Positions 25,127-39,700 are shown, numbered from the stretch's first letter. The stretch: 64,000 bases of DNA from Balanoglossus misakiensis (GCA_040954595.2 CM082580.2:236683-300682), one strand, 5' to 3'. Translations and numbers: made by a program. The notes: generated from the letters alone by a model not told the origin.

Positions 25127-25800
25127 GTATGAACTTAAACTTGTAACGACGCCGCCACCTAATACTGTACTGGAGAGATGAAGTTAATACTTGTAACGAC
25201 GCCGCCACCTAATACTGTACTGGAGAGATGAACTTAATACTTGTAACGACGCCGCCACCTAATACTGTACTGGAGAGATGAAGTTAATACTTGTAACGAC
25301 GCCGCCACCTAATACTGTACTGGAGAGATGAAGTTAATACTTGTAACGACGCCGCCACCTAATACTGTACTGGAGAGATGAAGTTAATACTTGTAACGAC
25401 GCCGCCACCTAATACTGTACTGGAGAGATGAAGTTAATACTTGTAACGACGCCGCCACCTAATACTGTACTGGAGAGATGAAGTTAATACTTGTAACGAC
25501 GCCGCCACCTAATACTGTACTGGAGAGATGAAGTTAATACTTGTAACGACGCCGCCACCTAATACTGTACTGGAGGGATGAACTTAAACTTGTAACGATG
25601 CCGCCACCTAATACTGTACTGGAGAGATGAAGTTAATACTTGTAACGACGCCGCCACCTAATACTGTACTGGAGAGATGAAGTTAATACTTGTAACGCCG
25701 CCGCCACCTAATACTGTACTGGAGAGATGAACTTAATACTTGTAACGACGCCGCCACCTTATACTGTACTGGAGGGATGAACTTAAACCTGTAACGACGC
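25092..25800. repeat. 50-bp minisatellite, ~14 copies
   Basis: Unit ttgtaacgacgccgccacctaatactgtactggagagatgaagttaatac, mostly identical copies. Confidence 0.97.
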
Positions 25801-25986
25801 CAGATGATGCTCCTGTGACCAGAGGGATGAACGACGCCATGATTTGTTGATCTGATCTAATAAATAATATTCATTCTTTTTTTTCAATAGGTTCATTGGT
25901 ATTATCATCGCCGGAGGGAGTCTAATCAATATCTACAACAACGCCGCACCAGATAACAATATCAAAACCAGAGGGATGCTGTCAAT

Positions 25987-26160
25987 AGGTTAGGCTAATA
26001 AAAATGGTTTAATCTGAGGGAATGGTAAAGGGTTGGTGTATGAATATGTTAGGGTAATAAAAAATGGTATAATCTAACGGAATGGTGAAGGGTTGGTGTA
26101 TAAACAGGTTAGGCTAATAAAAATGGTATAATCTAATGAAATGGTGAAGGGTTGGTGTAT
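25987..26160. repeat. ~59-bp tandem repeat, 3 copies
   Basis: 'gttagg(c/g)taataaaaatggt..aatct...aatggt.aagggttggtgtat' occurs three times. Confidence 0.8.
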
Positions 26161-26584
26161 GATGACTAATAAGACATTGTGCACAAGGGTACTATAATAA
26201 AACTGTCTGCAAGGGTATAATATTATGGTTTCAAGGGTATGATAAGTAATTAAAATACTATAAAAACATGAGTAATGCCACGTGGTAAATAAAAACTGTA
26301 CATGTACAGAGGGTAAATACCGGTATAATATATAAAGATGTTAACATCAATGGTGTAATAATAAAAAAAATGGGTAACACATGGTTTTGGTGGTATAATA
26401 ATAATAAAATGGTATTAACTTGATGGTATAAACATTATGGGATGTGTATAAACGGTGTTAATATTACAAAGGTATAATGATTAGTTGGGGTGTAATAATA
26501 AGAAATTTAAAATCATTGGGTAATTTATTAGTGTCAGGTTGGGTAAAATAATTGTTGCTATGCATTCGTGTAATAATTGTCTGC

Positions 26585-26781
26585 GGATTTTTTGCAGCGT
26601 TACCCGCGTTCGCGTTCTTCATTGCAGGTCGCTCGTCATGTAATGGAATTTCGCCGTGTGCCCGTTTGATTCGCCGATGGATTTTTTACAACGTTACCCG
26701 CGTTCGCGTTCTTCATCGCAGTTGGATCGTCGTGTAATGGAATTTCGCCGTGTGCCCGTTTGATTCGCCGATGGATTTTTT
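26585..26781. repeat. ~94-bp direct tandem duplication, CpG-rich
   Basis: 'cgttacccgcgttcgcgttcttcat...gtaatggaatttcgccgtgtgcccgtttgattcgccgatggattttt' occurs twice. Confidence 0.85.
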
Positions 26782-27719
26782 GCTTTCGTCATCGTAATTC
26801 CCGCATCAACACGAATCCTCAATCTCGCGTAACAACAATACATCAAAATGTACACAGAAAAATAGGAGTCGGCAAGACAATTCTGGTTAGTTTGAGCCCC
26901 AACCTTTTAAAATTCACAACGGGGGAGGGGGCAGTTTTTCCTCATTTTATATTTGGCTCGAGGTTTTTAACTGTCCCCAGGCGCGTAAAGTTAGTTAGTT
27001 TATCACACAGTATGTAATTATCTTGCTTGATTTAAAAAAACACTAAAATTGTATGGGGGAGCTTCTTGCGATTTGCACTTAAGAAACTGATGGTTTGTAC
27101 CCATAGATAATATTTAGTATTAAGCACATAATTGCCTGGAAATAAAAATTAACTCAAGGGTAGAATGCAACAGTTAATTTTGTGCAATATCAACAGGAGC
27201 TATTTTGGCACATTATTTCAGTTTGATAAACACTGTTTTTGCTCATTGTTTCATTTCGACCACATTATTTCAGTTTGATAAACACTGTTTTTGCTTATTG
27301 TTTCATTTCAACCACTTTTGTCACCTTGTTTTAAATTGAATGCAAGCATTGTTTCTGTTTGACCACTACTTGGGGTAATTGTTCCAAATTGGTATGCAAG
27401 ATATTTTACATCAGCAGTTAGCCATCTAGCCACACTTTAGCTGCACAGCATATGAAAAATAATGAAATTCATGCAAAAAGCAAAAAAGTATTATGGGTAT
27501 AATGCCATTGCAGCATTGGCGGTTCGACTCCGTCGATACTTACTTTGAAGCATAAGTCTTCATTATTTTTCATATGTAATAAATAAAACTCTTCCAAATT
27601 CATATCTTTGTTTTAAGTTTGTGCTTTTGCTTCAGTTAGGGGGCCCACATTTACCAAACCTGTCTTGCCATCTTTTCACATTTCTTCAAATATGCAGTGC
27701 CAGCGGTAGGCAGTATTTG

Positions 27720-30700
27720 ATCAAATTGACCCACAAATCACTCAAAATTAATAGGCAGGATACTGTCCACTCTGGCCTGGTTACTGTCTGGCCTGCTTAA
27801 TGTTGACGCAAAGGTTGACCCCACCAAACACTCAAAATTAATAGGCAGCATACTGGCCACTCTGGCCTAGTTAATGTTGACGCAAAGGTTGACCCCCACC
27901 AAACACTCAAAATTAATGGGCACGATACTGGCCACTCTGGCCTAGTTAATGTTGACGCAAAGGTTGACCCCACCAAACACTCAAAATCAATGGGCAGCAT
28001 ACTGTCCACTATGGCCTGGTTACTGTGTGCTCTGGTTAATGTTGACGCAAAGGTTGACCCCACCAAACACTCAAAATTAATGGGCAGCACACTGTCCACT
28101 ACGGCCTGGTTACTGTGTGCTCTGGTTAATGTTGATGCAAAGGTTGACCCCACCAAACACTCAAAATTAATGGGCAGAACACTGTCCACTATGGCCTGGT
28201 TACTGTGTGCTCTGGTTAATGTTGATGCAAAGGTTGACCCCACCAAACACTCAAAATTAATGGGCAGGATACTGGCCACTCTGGCCTAGTTAATGTTGAC
28301 GCAAAGGTTGACCCCCACCAAACACTCAAAATTAATGGGCACGATACTGGCCACTCTGGCCTAGTTAATGTTGACGCAAAGGTTGACCCCACCAAACACT
28401 CAAAATTAATGGGCAGCACACTGTCCACTACGGCCTGGTTACTGTGTGCTCTGGTTAATGTTGACGCAAAGGTTGACCCCACCAAACACTCAAAATTAAT
28501 GGGCAGAACACTGTCCACTATGGCCTGGTTACTGTGTGCTCTGGTTAATGTTGACGCAAAGGTTGACCCCACCAAACACTCAAAATTAATGGGCAGAACA
28601 CTGTCCACTACGGCCTGGTTATTGTGTGCTCTGGTTAATGTTGACGCAAAGGTTGACGCCACCAAACACTCAAAATCAATGGGCAGCATACTGTCCACTA
28701 TGGCCTGGTTACTGTGTGCTCTGGTTAATGTTGACGCAAAGGTTGACCCCACCAAACACTCAAAATTAATGGGCAGAACACTGTCCACTACGGCCTGGTT
28801 ACTGTGTGCTCTGGTTAATGTTGACGCAAAGGTTGACCCCACCAAACACTCAAAATTAATGGGCAGGATACTGGCCACTCTGGCCTAGTTAATGTTGACG
28901 CAAAGGTTGACCCCCACCAAACACTCAAAATTAATGGGCACGATACTGGCCACTCTGGCCTAGTTAATGTTGACGCAAAGGTTGACCCCACCAAACACTC
29001 AAAATTAATGGGCAGCACACTGTCCACTACGGCCTGGTTACTGTGTGCTCTGGTTAATGTTGACGCAAAGGTTGACCCCACCAAACACTCAAAATTAATG
29101 GGCAGAACACTGTCCACTATGGCCTGGTTACTGTGTGCTCTGGTTAATGTTGACGCAAAGGTTGACCCCACCAAACACTCAAAATCAATGGGCAGCATAC
29201 TGTCCACTATGGCCTGGTTACTGTGTGCTCTGGTTAATGTTGACGCAAAGGTTGACCCCACCAAACACTCAAAATTAATGGGCAGAACACTGTCCACTAC
29301 GGCCTGGTTACTGTGTGCTCTGGTTAATGTTGACGCAAAGGTTGACCCCACCAAACACTCAAAATTAATGGGCAGAACACTGTCCACTACGGCCTGGTTA
29401 CTGTGTGCTCTGGTTAATGTTGACGCAAAGGTTGACCCCACCAAACACTCAAAATTAATGGGCAGAACACTGTCCACTATGGCCTGGTTACTGTGTGCTC
29501 TGGTTAATGTTGACGCAAAGGTTGACCCCACCAAACACTCAAAATTAATGGGCAGAACACTGTCCACTACGGCCTGGTTACTGTGTGCTCTGGTTAATGT
29601 TGACGCAAAGGTTGACCCCACCAAACACTCAAAATTAATGGGCAGAACACTGTCCACTACGGCCTGGTTACTGTGTGCTCTGGTTAATGTTGACGCAAAG
29701 GTTGACCCCACCAAACACTCAAAATTAATGGGCAGAACACTGTCCACTATGGCCTGGTTACTGTGTGCTCTGGTTAATGTTGACGCAAAGGTTGACCCCA
29801 CCAAACACTCAAAATTAATGGGCAGCACACTGTCCACTAAGGCCTGGTTACTGTGTGCTCTGGTTAATGTTGACGCAAAGGTTGACCCCACCAAACACTC
29901 AAAATTAATGGGCAGAACACTGTCCACTACGGCCTGGTTACTGTGTGCTCTGGTTAATGTTGACGCAAAGGTTGACCCCCACCAAACACTTAAAATTAAT
30001 GGGCACGATACTGGCCACTCTGGCCTAGTTAATGTTGACGCAAAGGTTGACCCCACCAAACACTCAAAATCAATGGGCAGCATACTGTCCACTATGGCCT
30101 GGTTACTGTGTGCTCTGGTTAATGTTGACGCAAAGGTTGACCCCACCAAACACTCAAAATTAATGGGCAGCACACTGTCCACTACGGCCTGGTTACTGTG
30201 TGCTCTGGTTAATGTTGATGCAAAGGTTGACCCCACCAAACACTCAAAATTAATGGGCAGAACACTGTCCACTATGGCCTGGTTACTGTGTGCTCTGGTT
30301 AATGTTGATGCAAAGGTTGACCCCACCAAACACTCAAAATTAATGGGCAGGATACTGGCCACTCTGGCCTAGTTAATGTTGACGCAAAGGTTGACCCCCA
30401 CCAAACACTCAAAATTAATGGGCACGATACTGGCCACTCTGGCCTAGTTAATGTTGACGCAAAGGTTGACCCCACCAAACACTCAAAATTAATGGGCAGC
30501 ACACTGTCCACTACGGCCTGGTTACTGTGTGCTCTGGTTAATGTTGACGCAAAGGTTGACCCCACCAAACACTCAAAATTAATGGGCAGAACACTGTCCA
30601 CTATGGCCTGGTTACTGTGTGCTCTGGTTAATGTTGACGCAAAGGTTGACCCCACCAAACACTCAAAATTAATGGGCAGAACACTGTCCACTACGGCCTG

Positions 30701-33700
30701 GTTATTGTGTGCTCTGGTTAATGTTGACGCAAAGGTTGACGCCACCAAACACTCAAAATCAATGGGCAGCATACTGTCCACTATGGCCTGGTTACTGTGT
30801 GCTCTGGTTAATGTTGACGCAAAGGTTGACCCCACCAAACACTCAAAATTAATGGGCAGAACACTGTCCACTACGGCCTGGTTACTGTGTGCTCTGGTTA
30901 ATGTTGACGCAAAGGTTGACCCCACCAAACACTCAAAATTAATGGGCAGAACACTGTCCACTATGGCCTGGTTACTGTGTGCTCTGGTTAATGTTGACGC
31001 AAAGGTTGACCCCACCAAACACTCAAAATTAATGGGCAGAACACTGTCCACTACGGCCTGGTTACTGTGTGCTCTGGTTAATGTTGACGCAAAGGTTGAC
31101 CCCACCAAACACTCAAAATTAATGGGCAGAACACTGTCCACTACGGCCTGGTTACTGTGTGCTCTGGTTAATGTTGACGCAAAGGTTGACCCCACCAAAC
31201 ACTCAAAATTAATGGGCAGAACACTGTCCACTATGGCCTGGTTACTGTGTGCTCTGGTTAATGTTGACGCAAAGGTTGACCCCACCAAACACTCAAAATT
31301 AATGGGCAGCACACTGTCCACTAAGGCCTGGTTACTGTGTGCTCTGGTTAATGTTGACGCAAAGGTTGACCCCACCAAACACTCAAAATTAATGGGCAGA
31401 ACACTGTCCACTACGGCCTGGTTACTGTGTGCTCTGGTTAATGTTGACGCAAAGGTTGACCCCCACCAAACACTCAAAATTAATGGGCACGATACTGGCC
31501 ACTCTGGCCTAGTTAATGTTGACGCAAAGGTTGACCCCACCAAACACTCAAAATTAATGGGCACGATACTGGCCACTCTGGCCTAGTTAATGTTGATGCC
31601 AAGGTTGACCCCACCAAAAACTCAAAATTAATGGGCACGACACTGGCCACTCTGGCCTGGTTAATGTTGATGCAAAGGTTGACCCCACCAAACACTCAAA
31701 ATTAATGGGCAGGATACTGGCCACTCTGGCCTAGTTAATGTTGACGCAAAGGTTGACCCCACCAAACACTCAAAATTAATGGGCATGATACTGGCCACTC
31801 TGGCCTAGTTAATGTTGACGCAAAGGTTGACCCCACCAAACACACAAAATTAATGGGCACGATACTGGCCACTCTGGCCTAGTTAATGTTGACGCAAAGG
31901 TTGACCCCACCAAACACTCAAAATTAATGGGCAGAACACTGTCCACTACGGCCTGGTTACTGTGTGCTCTGGTTAATGTTGACGCAAAGGTTGACCCCCA
32001 CCAAACACTCAAAATTAATGGGCACGATACTGGCCACTCTGGCCTAGTTAATGTTGACGCAAAGGTTGACCCCACCAAACACTCAAAATTAATGGGCACG
32101 ATACTGGCCACTCTGGCCTAGTTAATGTTGATGCCAAGGTTGACCCCACCAAAAACTCTAAATTAATGGGCACGACACTGGCCACTCTGGCCTGGTTAAT
32201 GTTGATGCAAAGGTTGACCCCACCAAACACTCAAAATTAATGGGCAGGATACTGGCCACTCTGGCCTAGTTAATGTTGACGCAAAGGTTGACCCCACCAA
32301 ACACTCAAAATTAATGGGCATGATACTGGCCACTCTGGCCTAGTTAATGTTGACGCAAAGGTTGACCCCACCAAACACTCAAAATTAATGGGCACGATAC
32401 TGGCCACTCTGGCCTAGTTAATGTTGACGCAAAGGTTGACCCCACCAAACACTCAAAATTAATGGGCACGATACTGGCCACTCTGGCCTAGTTAATGTTG
32501 ATGCCAAGGTTGACCCCACCAAAAACTCAAAATTAATGGGCACGACACTGGCCACTCTGGCCTGGTTAATGTTGATGCAAAGGTTGACCCCACCAAACAC
32601 TCAAAATTAATGGGCAGGATACTGGCCACTCTGGCCTAGTTAATGTTGACGCAAAGGTTGACCCCACCAAACACTCAAAATTAATGGGCATGATACTGGC
32701 CACTCTGGCCTAGTTAATGTTGACGCAAAGGTTGACCCCACCAAACACACAAAATTAATGGGCACGATACTGGCCACTCTGGCCTAGTTAATGTTGACGC
32801 AAAGGTTGACCCCACCAAACACTCAAAATTAATGGGCAGAACACTGTCCACTACGGCCTGGTTACTGTGTGCTCTGGTTAATGTTGACGCAAAGGTTGAC
32901 CCCCACCAAACACTCAAAATTAATGGGCACGATACTGGCCACTCTGGCCTAGTTAATGTTGACGCAAAGGTTGACCCCACCAAACACTCAAAATTAATGG
33001 GCACGATACTGGCCACTCTGGCCTAGTTAATGTTGATGCCAAGGTTGACCCCACCAAAAACTCTAAATTAATGGGCACGACACTGGCCACTCTGGCCTGG
33101 TTAATGTTGATGCAAAGGTTGACCCCACCAAACACTCAAAATTAATGGGCAGGATACTGGCCACTCTGGCCTAGTTAATGTTGACGCAAAGGTTGACCCC
33201 ACCAAACACTCAAAATTAATGGGCATGATACTGGCCACTCTGGCCTAGTTAATGTTGACGCAAAGGTTGACCCCACCAAACACTCAAAATTAATGGGCAC
33301 GATACTGGCCACTCTGGCCTAGTTAATGTTGACGCAAAGGTTGACCCCACCAAACACTCAAAATTAATTGGCAGAACACTGTCCACTACGGCCTGGTTAC
33401 TGTGTGCTCTGGTTAATGTTGACGCAAAGGTTGACCCCACCAAACACTCAAAATTAATGGGCAGAACACTGTCCACTATGGCCTGGTTACTGTGTGCTCT
33501 GGCACGGTTACTAGAAGAAGACGGTTAGGAAACTCTATTGTTCGGAAGGTGTGAACGAGGTGTTAGCTAGGAGAGTCCATGTCCGAACCGCTATGTGGGG
33601 TTGTATTGGGGAACGTAGCTAATTTTTGAACCCCTTCATCTGCCCTTTTTCGTCAGAGTACAGCGCCACTTTTTTTTTGTACGAGTTCCATATAGGCTTA

Positions 33701-36700
33701 TGGAGTGCACGGTCATAGTCTGTTGGGCTTGCGACACTCTACCATTGTTTCTTGAGTGGTTAACTTAAAATCCGGATTCAAATAGCGTCGAATTTTGAAC
33801 CCCTAGAATTCAACCCTGATGGTCGCATTTCTGTTTTTTTTAAATATATTTAGATATTTTACACCTTTTTGTATTGCATGGGCTATTTCGTTTATTCCAA
33901 TTGGAATATTTCGTTGAGATTCATTGCATACCCATTTCGATACAGTCGTTAATTTAACATTATCGATATAGCCTTTGGCGGCCATCTTGTTTGTTTTGGT
34001 TCGCATCGAATCTCTAGGGCACAGTCAAGACAAAGAATGTATGGCTTCATCATGTCCTTGAAAGTTCAAAATTGTCATAAATGTGTTGTGACTTTATAAA
34101 TTATCCATCCTCTGTTCTGTTTTCTTCAATTCTGGTGGTCTACGTACTGTGCGTGCAAGCAATTCCGTAAACACTAGTATGGTTTGCTTTGGATTGTGGG
34201 GGAATGACGTCATTATTCATACGGCCAGGCTCGTTAGCATCTGATATCTTTCGTTTACACTAAGTGTTTACCGAGGCGAGCATCTAACAATGGAGAAAAA
34301 ATAGTTTCCTAACCGTCTTCTTCTAGTAACCGTGGCTCTGGTTAATGTTGACGCAAAGGTTGACCCCACCAAACACTCAAAATTAATGGGCAGAACACTG
34401 TCCACTACGGCCTGGTTACTGTGTGCTCTGATTAATGTTGACGCAAAGATTGACCCCACCAAACACTCAAAATTAATGGGCAGAACACTGTCCACTATGG
34501 CCTGGTTACTCTGTGCTCTGGTTAATGTTGACGCAAAGGTTGACCCCACCAAACACTCAAAATTAATGGGCAGCACACTGTCCACTATGGCCTGGTTACT
34601 GTGTGCTCTGGTTAATGTTGACGCAAAGGTTGACCCCACCAAACACTCAAAATTAATGGGCAGAACACTGTCCACTACGGCCTGGTTACTGTGTGCTCTG
34701 GTTAATGTTGACGCAAAGGTTGACCCCACCAAACACTCAAAATTAATGGGCAGAACACTGTCCACTATGGCCTGGTTACTGTGTGCTCTGGTTAATGTTG
34801 ACGCAAAGGTTGACCCCACCAAACACTCAAAATTAATGGGCAGAACACTGTCCACTACGGCCTGGTTACTGTGTGCTCTGGTTAATGTTGACGCAAAGGT
34901 TGACCCCACCAAACACTCAAAATTAATGGGCAGAACACTGTCCACTACGGCCTGGTTACTGTGTGCTCTGGTTAATGTTGACGCAAAGGTTGACCCCACC
35001 AAACACTCAAAATTAATGGGCAGAACACTGTCCACTACGGCCTGGTTACTGTGTGCTCTGGTTAATGTTGACGCAAAGGTTGACCCCACCAAACACTCAA
35101 AATTAATGGGCAGAACACTGTCCACTACGGCCTGGTTACTGTGTGCTCTGGTTAATGTTGACGCAAAGGTTGACCCCACCAAACACTCAAAATTAATGGG
35201 CAGAACACTGTCCACTACGGCCTGGTTACTGTGTGCTCTGGTTAATGTTGACGCAAAGGTTGACCCCACCAAACACTCAAAATTAATGGGCAGAACACTG
35301 TCCACTACGGCCTGGTTACTGTGTGCTCTGGTTAATGTTGACGCAAAGGTTGACCCCACCAAACACTCAAAATTAATGGGCAGAACACTGTCCACTATGG
35401 CCTGGTTACTGTGTGCTCTGGTTAATGTTGACGCAAAGGTTGACCCCACCAAACACTCAAAATTAATGGGCAGCACACTGTCCACTATGGCCTGGTTACT
35501 GTGTGCTCTGGTTAATGTTGACGCAAAGGTTGACCCCACCAAACACTCAAAATTAATGGGCAGAACACTGTCCACTACGGCCTGGTTACTGTGTGCTCTG
35601 GTTAATGTTGACGCAAAGGTTGACCCCACCAAACACTCAAAATTAATGGGCAGAACACTGTCCACTACGGCCTGGTTACTGTGTGCTCTGGTTAATGTTG
35701 ACGCAAAGGTTGACCCCACCAAACACTCAAAATTAATGGGCAGAACACTGTCCACTATGGCCTGGTTACTGTGTGCTCTGGTTAATGTTGACGCAAAGGT
35801 TGACCCCACCAAACACTCAAAATTAATGGGCAGAACACTGTCCACTACGGCCTGGTTACTGTGTGCTCTGGTTAATGTTGACGCAAAGGTTGACCCCACC
35901 AAACACTCAAAACTAATGGGCAGAACACTGTCCACTATGGCCTGGTTACTGTGTGCTCTGGTTAATGTTGACGCAAAGGTTGACCCCACCAAACACTCAA
36001 AATTAATGGGCAGAACACTGTCCACTACGGCCTGGTTACTGTGTGCTCTGGTTAATGTTGACGCAAAGGTTGACCCCACCAAACACTCAAAATTAATGGG
36101 CAGAACACTGTCCACTACGGCCTGGTTACTGTGTGCTCTGGTTAATGTTGACGCAAAGGTTGACCCCACCAAACACTCAAAATTAATGGGCAGAACACTG
36201 TCCACTATGGCCTGGTTACTGTGTGCTCTGGTTAATGTTGACGCAAAGGTTGACCCCACCAAACACTCAAAATTAATGGGCAGCACACTGTCCACTATGG
36301 CCTGGTTACTGTGTGCTCTGGTTAATGTTGACGCAAAGGTTGACCCCACCAAACACTCAAAATTAATGGGCAGAACACTGTCCACTACGGCCTGGTTACT
36401 GTGTGCTCTGGTTAATGTTGACGCAAAGGTTGACCTCACCAAACACTCAAAATTAATGGGCAGAACACTGTCCACTACGGCCTGGTTACTGTGTGCTCTG
36501 GTTAATGTTGACGCAAAGGTTGACCCCACCAAACACTCAAAATTAATGGGCAGAACACTGTCCACTACGGCCTGGTTACTGTGTGCTCTGGTTAATGTTG
36601 ACGCAAAGGTTGACCCCACCAAACACTCAAAATTAATGGGCAGAACACTGTCCACTATGGCCTGGTTACTGTGTGCTCTGGTTAATGTTGACGCAAAGGT

Positions 36701-39700
36701 TGACCCCACCAAACACTCAAAATTAATGGGCAGAACACTGTCCACTACGGCCTGGTTACTGTGTGCTCTGGTTAATGTTGACGCAAAGGTTGACCCCACC
36801 AAACACTCAAAATTAATGGGCAGCACACTGTCCACTATGGCCTGGTTACTGTGTGCTCTGGTTAATGTTGACGCAAAGGTTGACCCCACCAAACACTCAA
36901 AATTAATGGGCAGAACACTGTCCACTACGGCCTGGTTACTGTGTGCTCTGGTTAATGTTGACGCAAAGGTTGACCCCACCAAACACTCAAAATTAATGGG
37001 CAGAACACTGTCCACTATGGCCTGGTTACTGTGTGCTCTGGTTAATGTTGACGCAAAGGTTGACCCCACCAAACACTCAAAATTAATGGGCAGAACACTG
37101 TCCACTACGGCCTGGTTACTGTGTGCTCTGGTTAATGTTGACGCAAAGGTTGACCCCACCAAACACTCAAAATTAATGGGCAGAACACTGTCCACTACGG
37201 CCTGGTTACTGTGTGCTCTGGTTAATGTTGACGCAAAGGTTGACCCCACCAAACACTCAAAATTAATGGGCAGAACACTGTCCACTATGGCCTGGTTACT
37301 GTGTGCTCTGGTTAATGTTGACGCAAAGGTTGACCCCACCAAACACTCAAAATTAATGGGCAGCACACTGTCCACTATGGCCTGGTTACTGTGTGCTCTG
37401 GTTAATGTTGACGCAAAGGTTGACCCCACCAAACACTCAAAATTAATGGGCAGAACACTGTCCACTACGGCCTGGTTACTGTGTGCTCTGGTTAATGTTG
37501 ACGCAAAGGTTGACCCCACCAAACACTCAAAATTAATGGGCACGATACTGGCCACTCTGGCCTAGTTAATGTTGACGCAAAGGTTGACCCCACCAAACAC
37601 TCAAAATTAATGGGCACGATACTGGCCACTCTGGCCTAGTTAATGTTGACGCAAAGGTTGACCCCACCAAACACTCAAAATTAATGGGCACGATACTGGC
37701 CACTCTGGCCTAGTTAATGTTGACGCAAAGGTTGACCCCACCAAACACTCAAAATTAATGGGCAGAACACTGTCCACTACGGCCTGGTTACTGTGTGCTC
37801 TGGTTAATGTTGACGCAAAGGTTGACCCCACCAAACACTCAAAATTAATGGGCAGAACACTGTCCACTACGGCCTGGTTACTGTGTGCTCTGGTTAATGT
37901 TGACGCAAAGGTTGACCCCACCAAACACTCAAAATTAATGGGCAGAACACTGTCCACTACGGCCTGGTTACTGTGTGCTCTGGTTAATGTTGACGCAAAG
38001 GTTGACCCCACCAAACACTCAAAATTAATGGGCAGCACACTGTCCACTATGGCCTGGTTACTGTGTGCTCTGGTTAATGTTGACGCAAAGGTTGACCCCA
38101 CCAAACACTCAAAATTAATGGGCAGAACACTGTCCACTACGGCCTGGTTACTGTGTGCTCTGGTTAATGTTGACGCAAAGGTTGACCCCCATCAAACACT
38201 CAAAATTAATGGGCACGATACTGGCCACTCTGGCCTGGTTACTGTGTGCTCTGGTTAATGTTGACGCAAAGGTTGACCCCACCAAACACTCAAAATTAAT
38301 GGGCAGAACACTGTCCACTACGGCCTGGTTACTGTGTGCTCTGGTTAATGTTGACGCAAAGGTTGACCCCACCAAACACTCAAAATTAATGGGCAGAACA
38401 CTGTCCACTATGGCCTGGTTACTGTGTGCTCTGGTTAATGTTGACGCAAAGGTTGACCCCACCAAACACTCAAAATTAATGGGCAGAACACTGTCCACTA
38501 CGGCCTGGTTACTGTGTGCTCTGGTTAATGTTGACGCAAAGGTTGACCCCACCAAACACTCAAAATTAATGGGCAGCACACTGTCCACTACGGCCTGGTT
38601 ACTGTGTGCTCTGGTTAATGTTGACGCAAAGGTTGACCCCACCAAACACTCAAAATTAATGGGCAGAACACTGTCCACTACGGCCTGGTTACTGTGTGCT
38701 CTGGTTAATGTTGACGCAAAGGTTGACCCCACCAAACACTCAAAATTAATGGGCAGAACACTGTCCACTAAGGCCTGGTTACTGTGTGCTCTGGTTAATG
38801 TTGACGCAAAGGTTGACCCCACCAAACACTCAAAATTAATGGGCAGAACACTGTCCACTACGGCCTGGTTACTGTGTGCTCTGGTTAATGTTGACGCAAA
38901 GGTTGACCCCACCAAACACTCAAAATTAATGGGCAGAACACTGTCCACTACGGCCTGGTTACTGTGTGCTCTGGTTAATGTTGACGCAAAGGTTGACCCC
39001 ACCAAACACTCAAAATTAATGGGCAGAACACTGTCCACTATGGCCTGGTTACTGTGTGCTCTGGTTAATGTTGACGCAAAGGTTGACCCCACCAAACACT
39101 CAAAATTAATGGGCAGCACACTGTCCACTATGGCCTGGTTACTGTGTGCTCTGGTTAATGTTGACGCAAAGGTTGACCCCACCAAACACTCAAAATTAAT
39201 GGGCAGAACACTGTCCACTACGGCCTGGTTACTGTGTGCTCTGGTTAATGTTGACGCAAAGGTTGACCCCCACCAAACACTCAAAATTAATGGGCACGAT
39301 ACTGGCCACTCTGGCCTAGTTAATGTTGACGCAAAGGTTGACCCCACCAAACACTCAAAATTAATGGGCACGATACTGGCCACTCTGGCCTAGTTAATGT
39401 TGACGCAAAGGTTGACCCCACCAAACACTCAAAATTAATGGGCACGATACTGGCCACTCTGGCCTAGTTAATGTTGACGCAAAGGTTGACCCCACCAAAC
39501 ACTCAAAATTAATGGGCACGATACTGGCCACTCTGGCCTAGTTAATGTTGACGCAAAGGTTGACCCCACCAAACACTCAAAATTAATGGGCAGAACACTG
39601 TCCACTACGGCCTGGTTACTGTGTGCTCTGGTTAATGTTGACGCAAAGGTTGACCCCACCAAACACTCAAAATTAATGGGCAGAACACTGTCCACTACGG

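Noticed and set aside
25092-25800. CRISPR-like appearance of the 50-bp array (and of the satellite)
   Set aside because: No unique spacers and no cas genes, in a eukaryotic context. These are plain tandem repeats.
33503-33534. RAG/Transib-like (RSS) terminus because of the CAC end
   Set aside because: No CACAGTG heptamer or nonamer, and the TSD is 7 bp rather than 5 bp.
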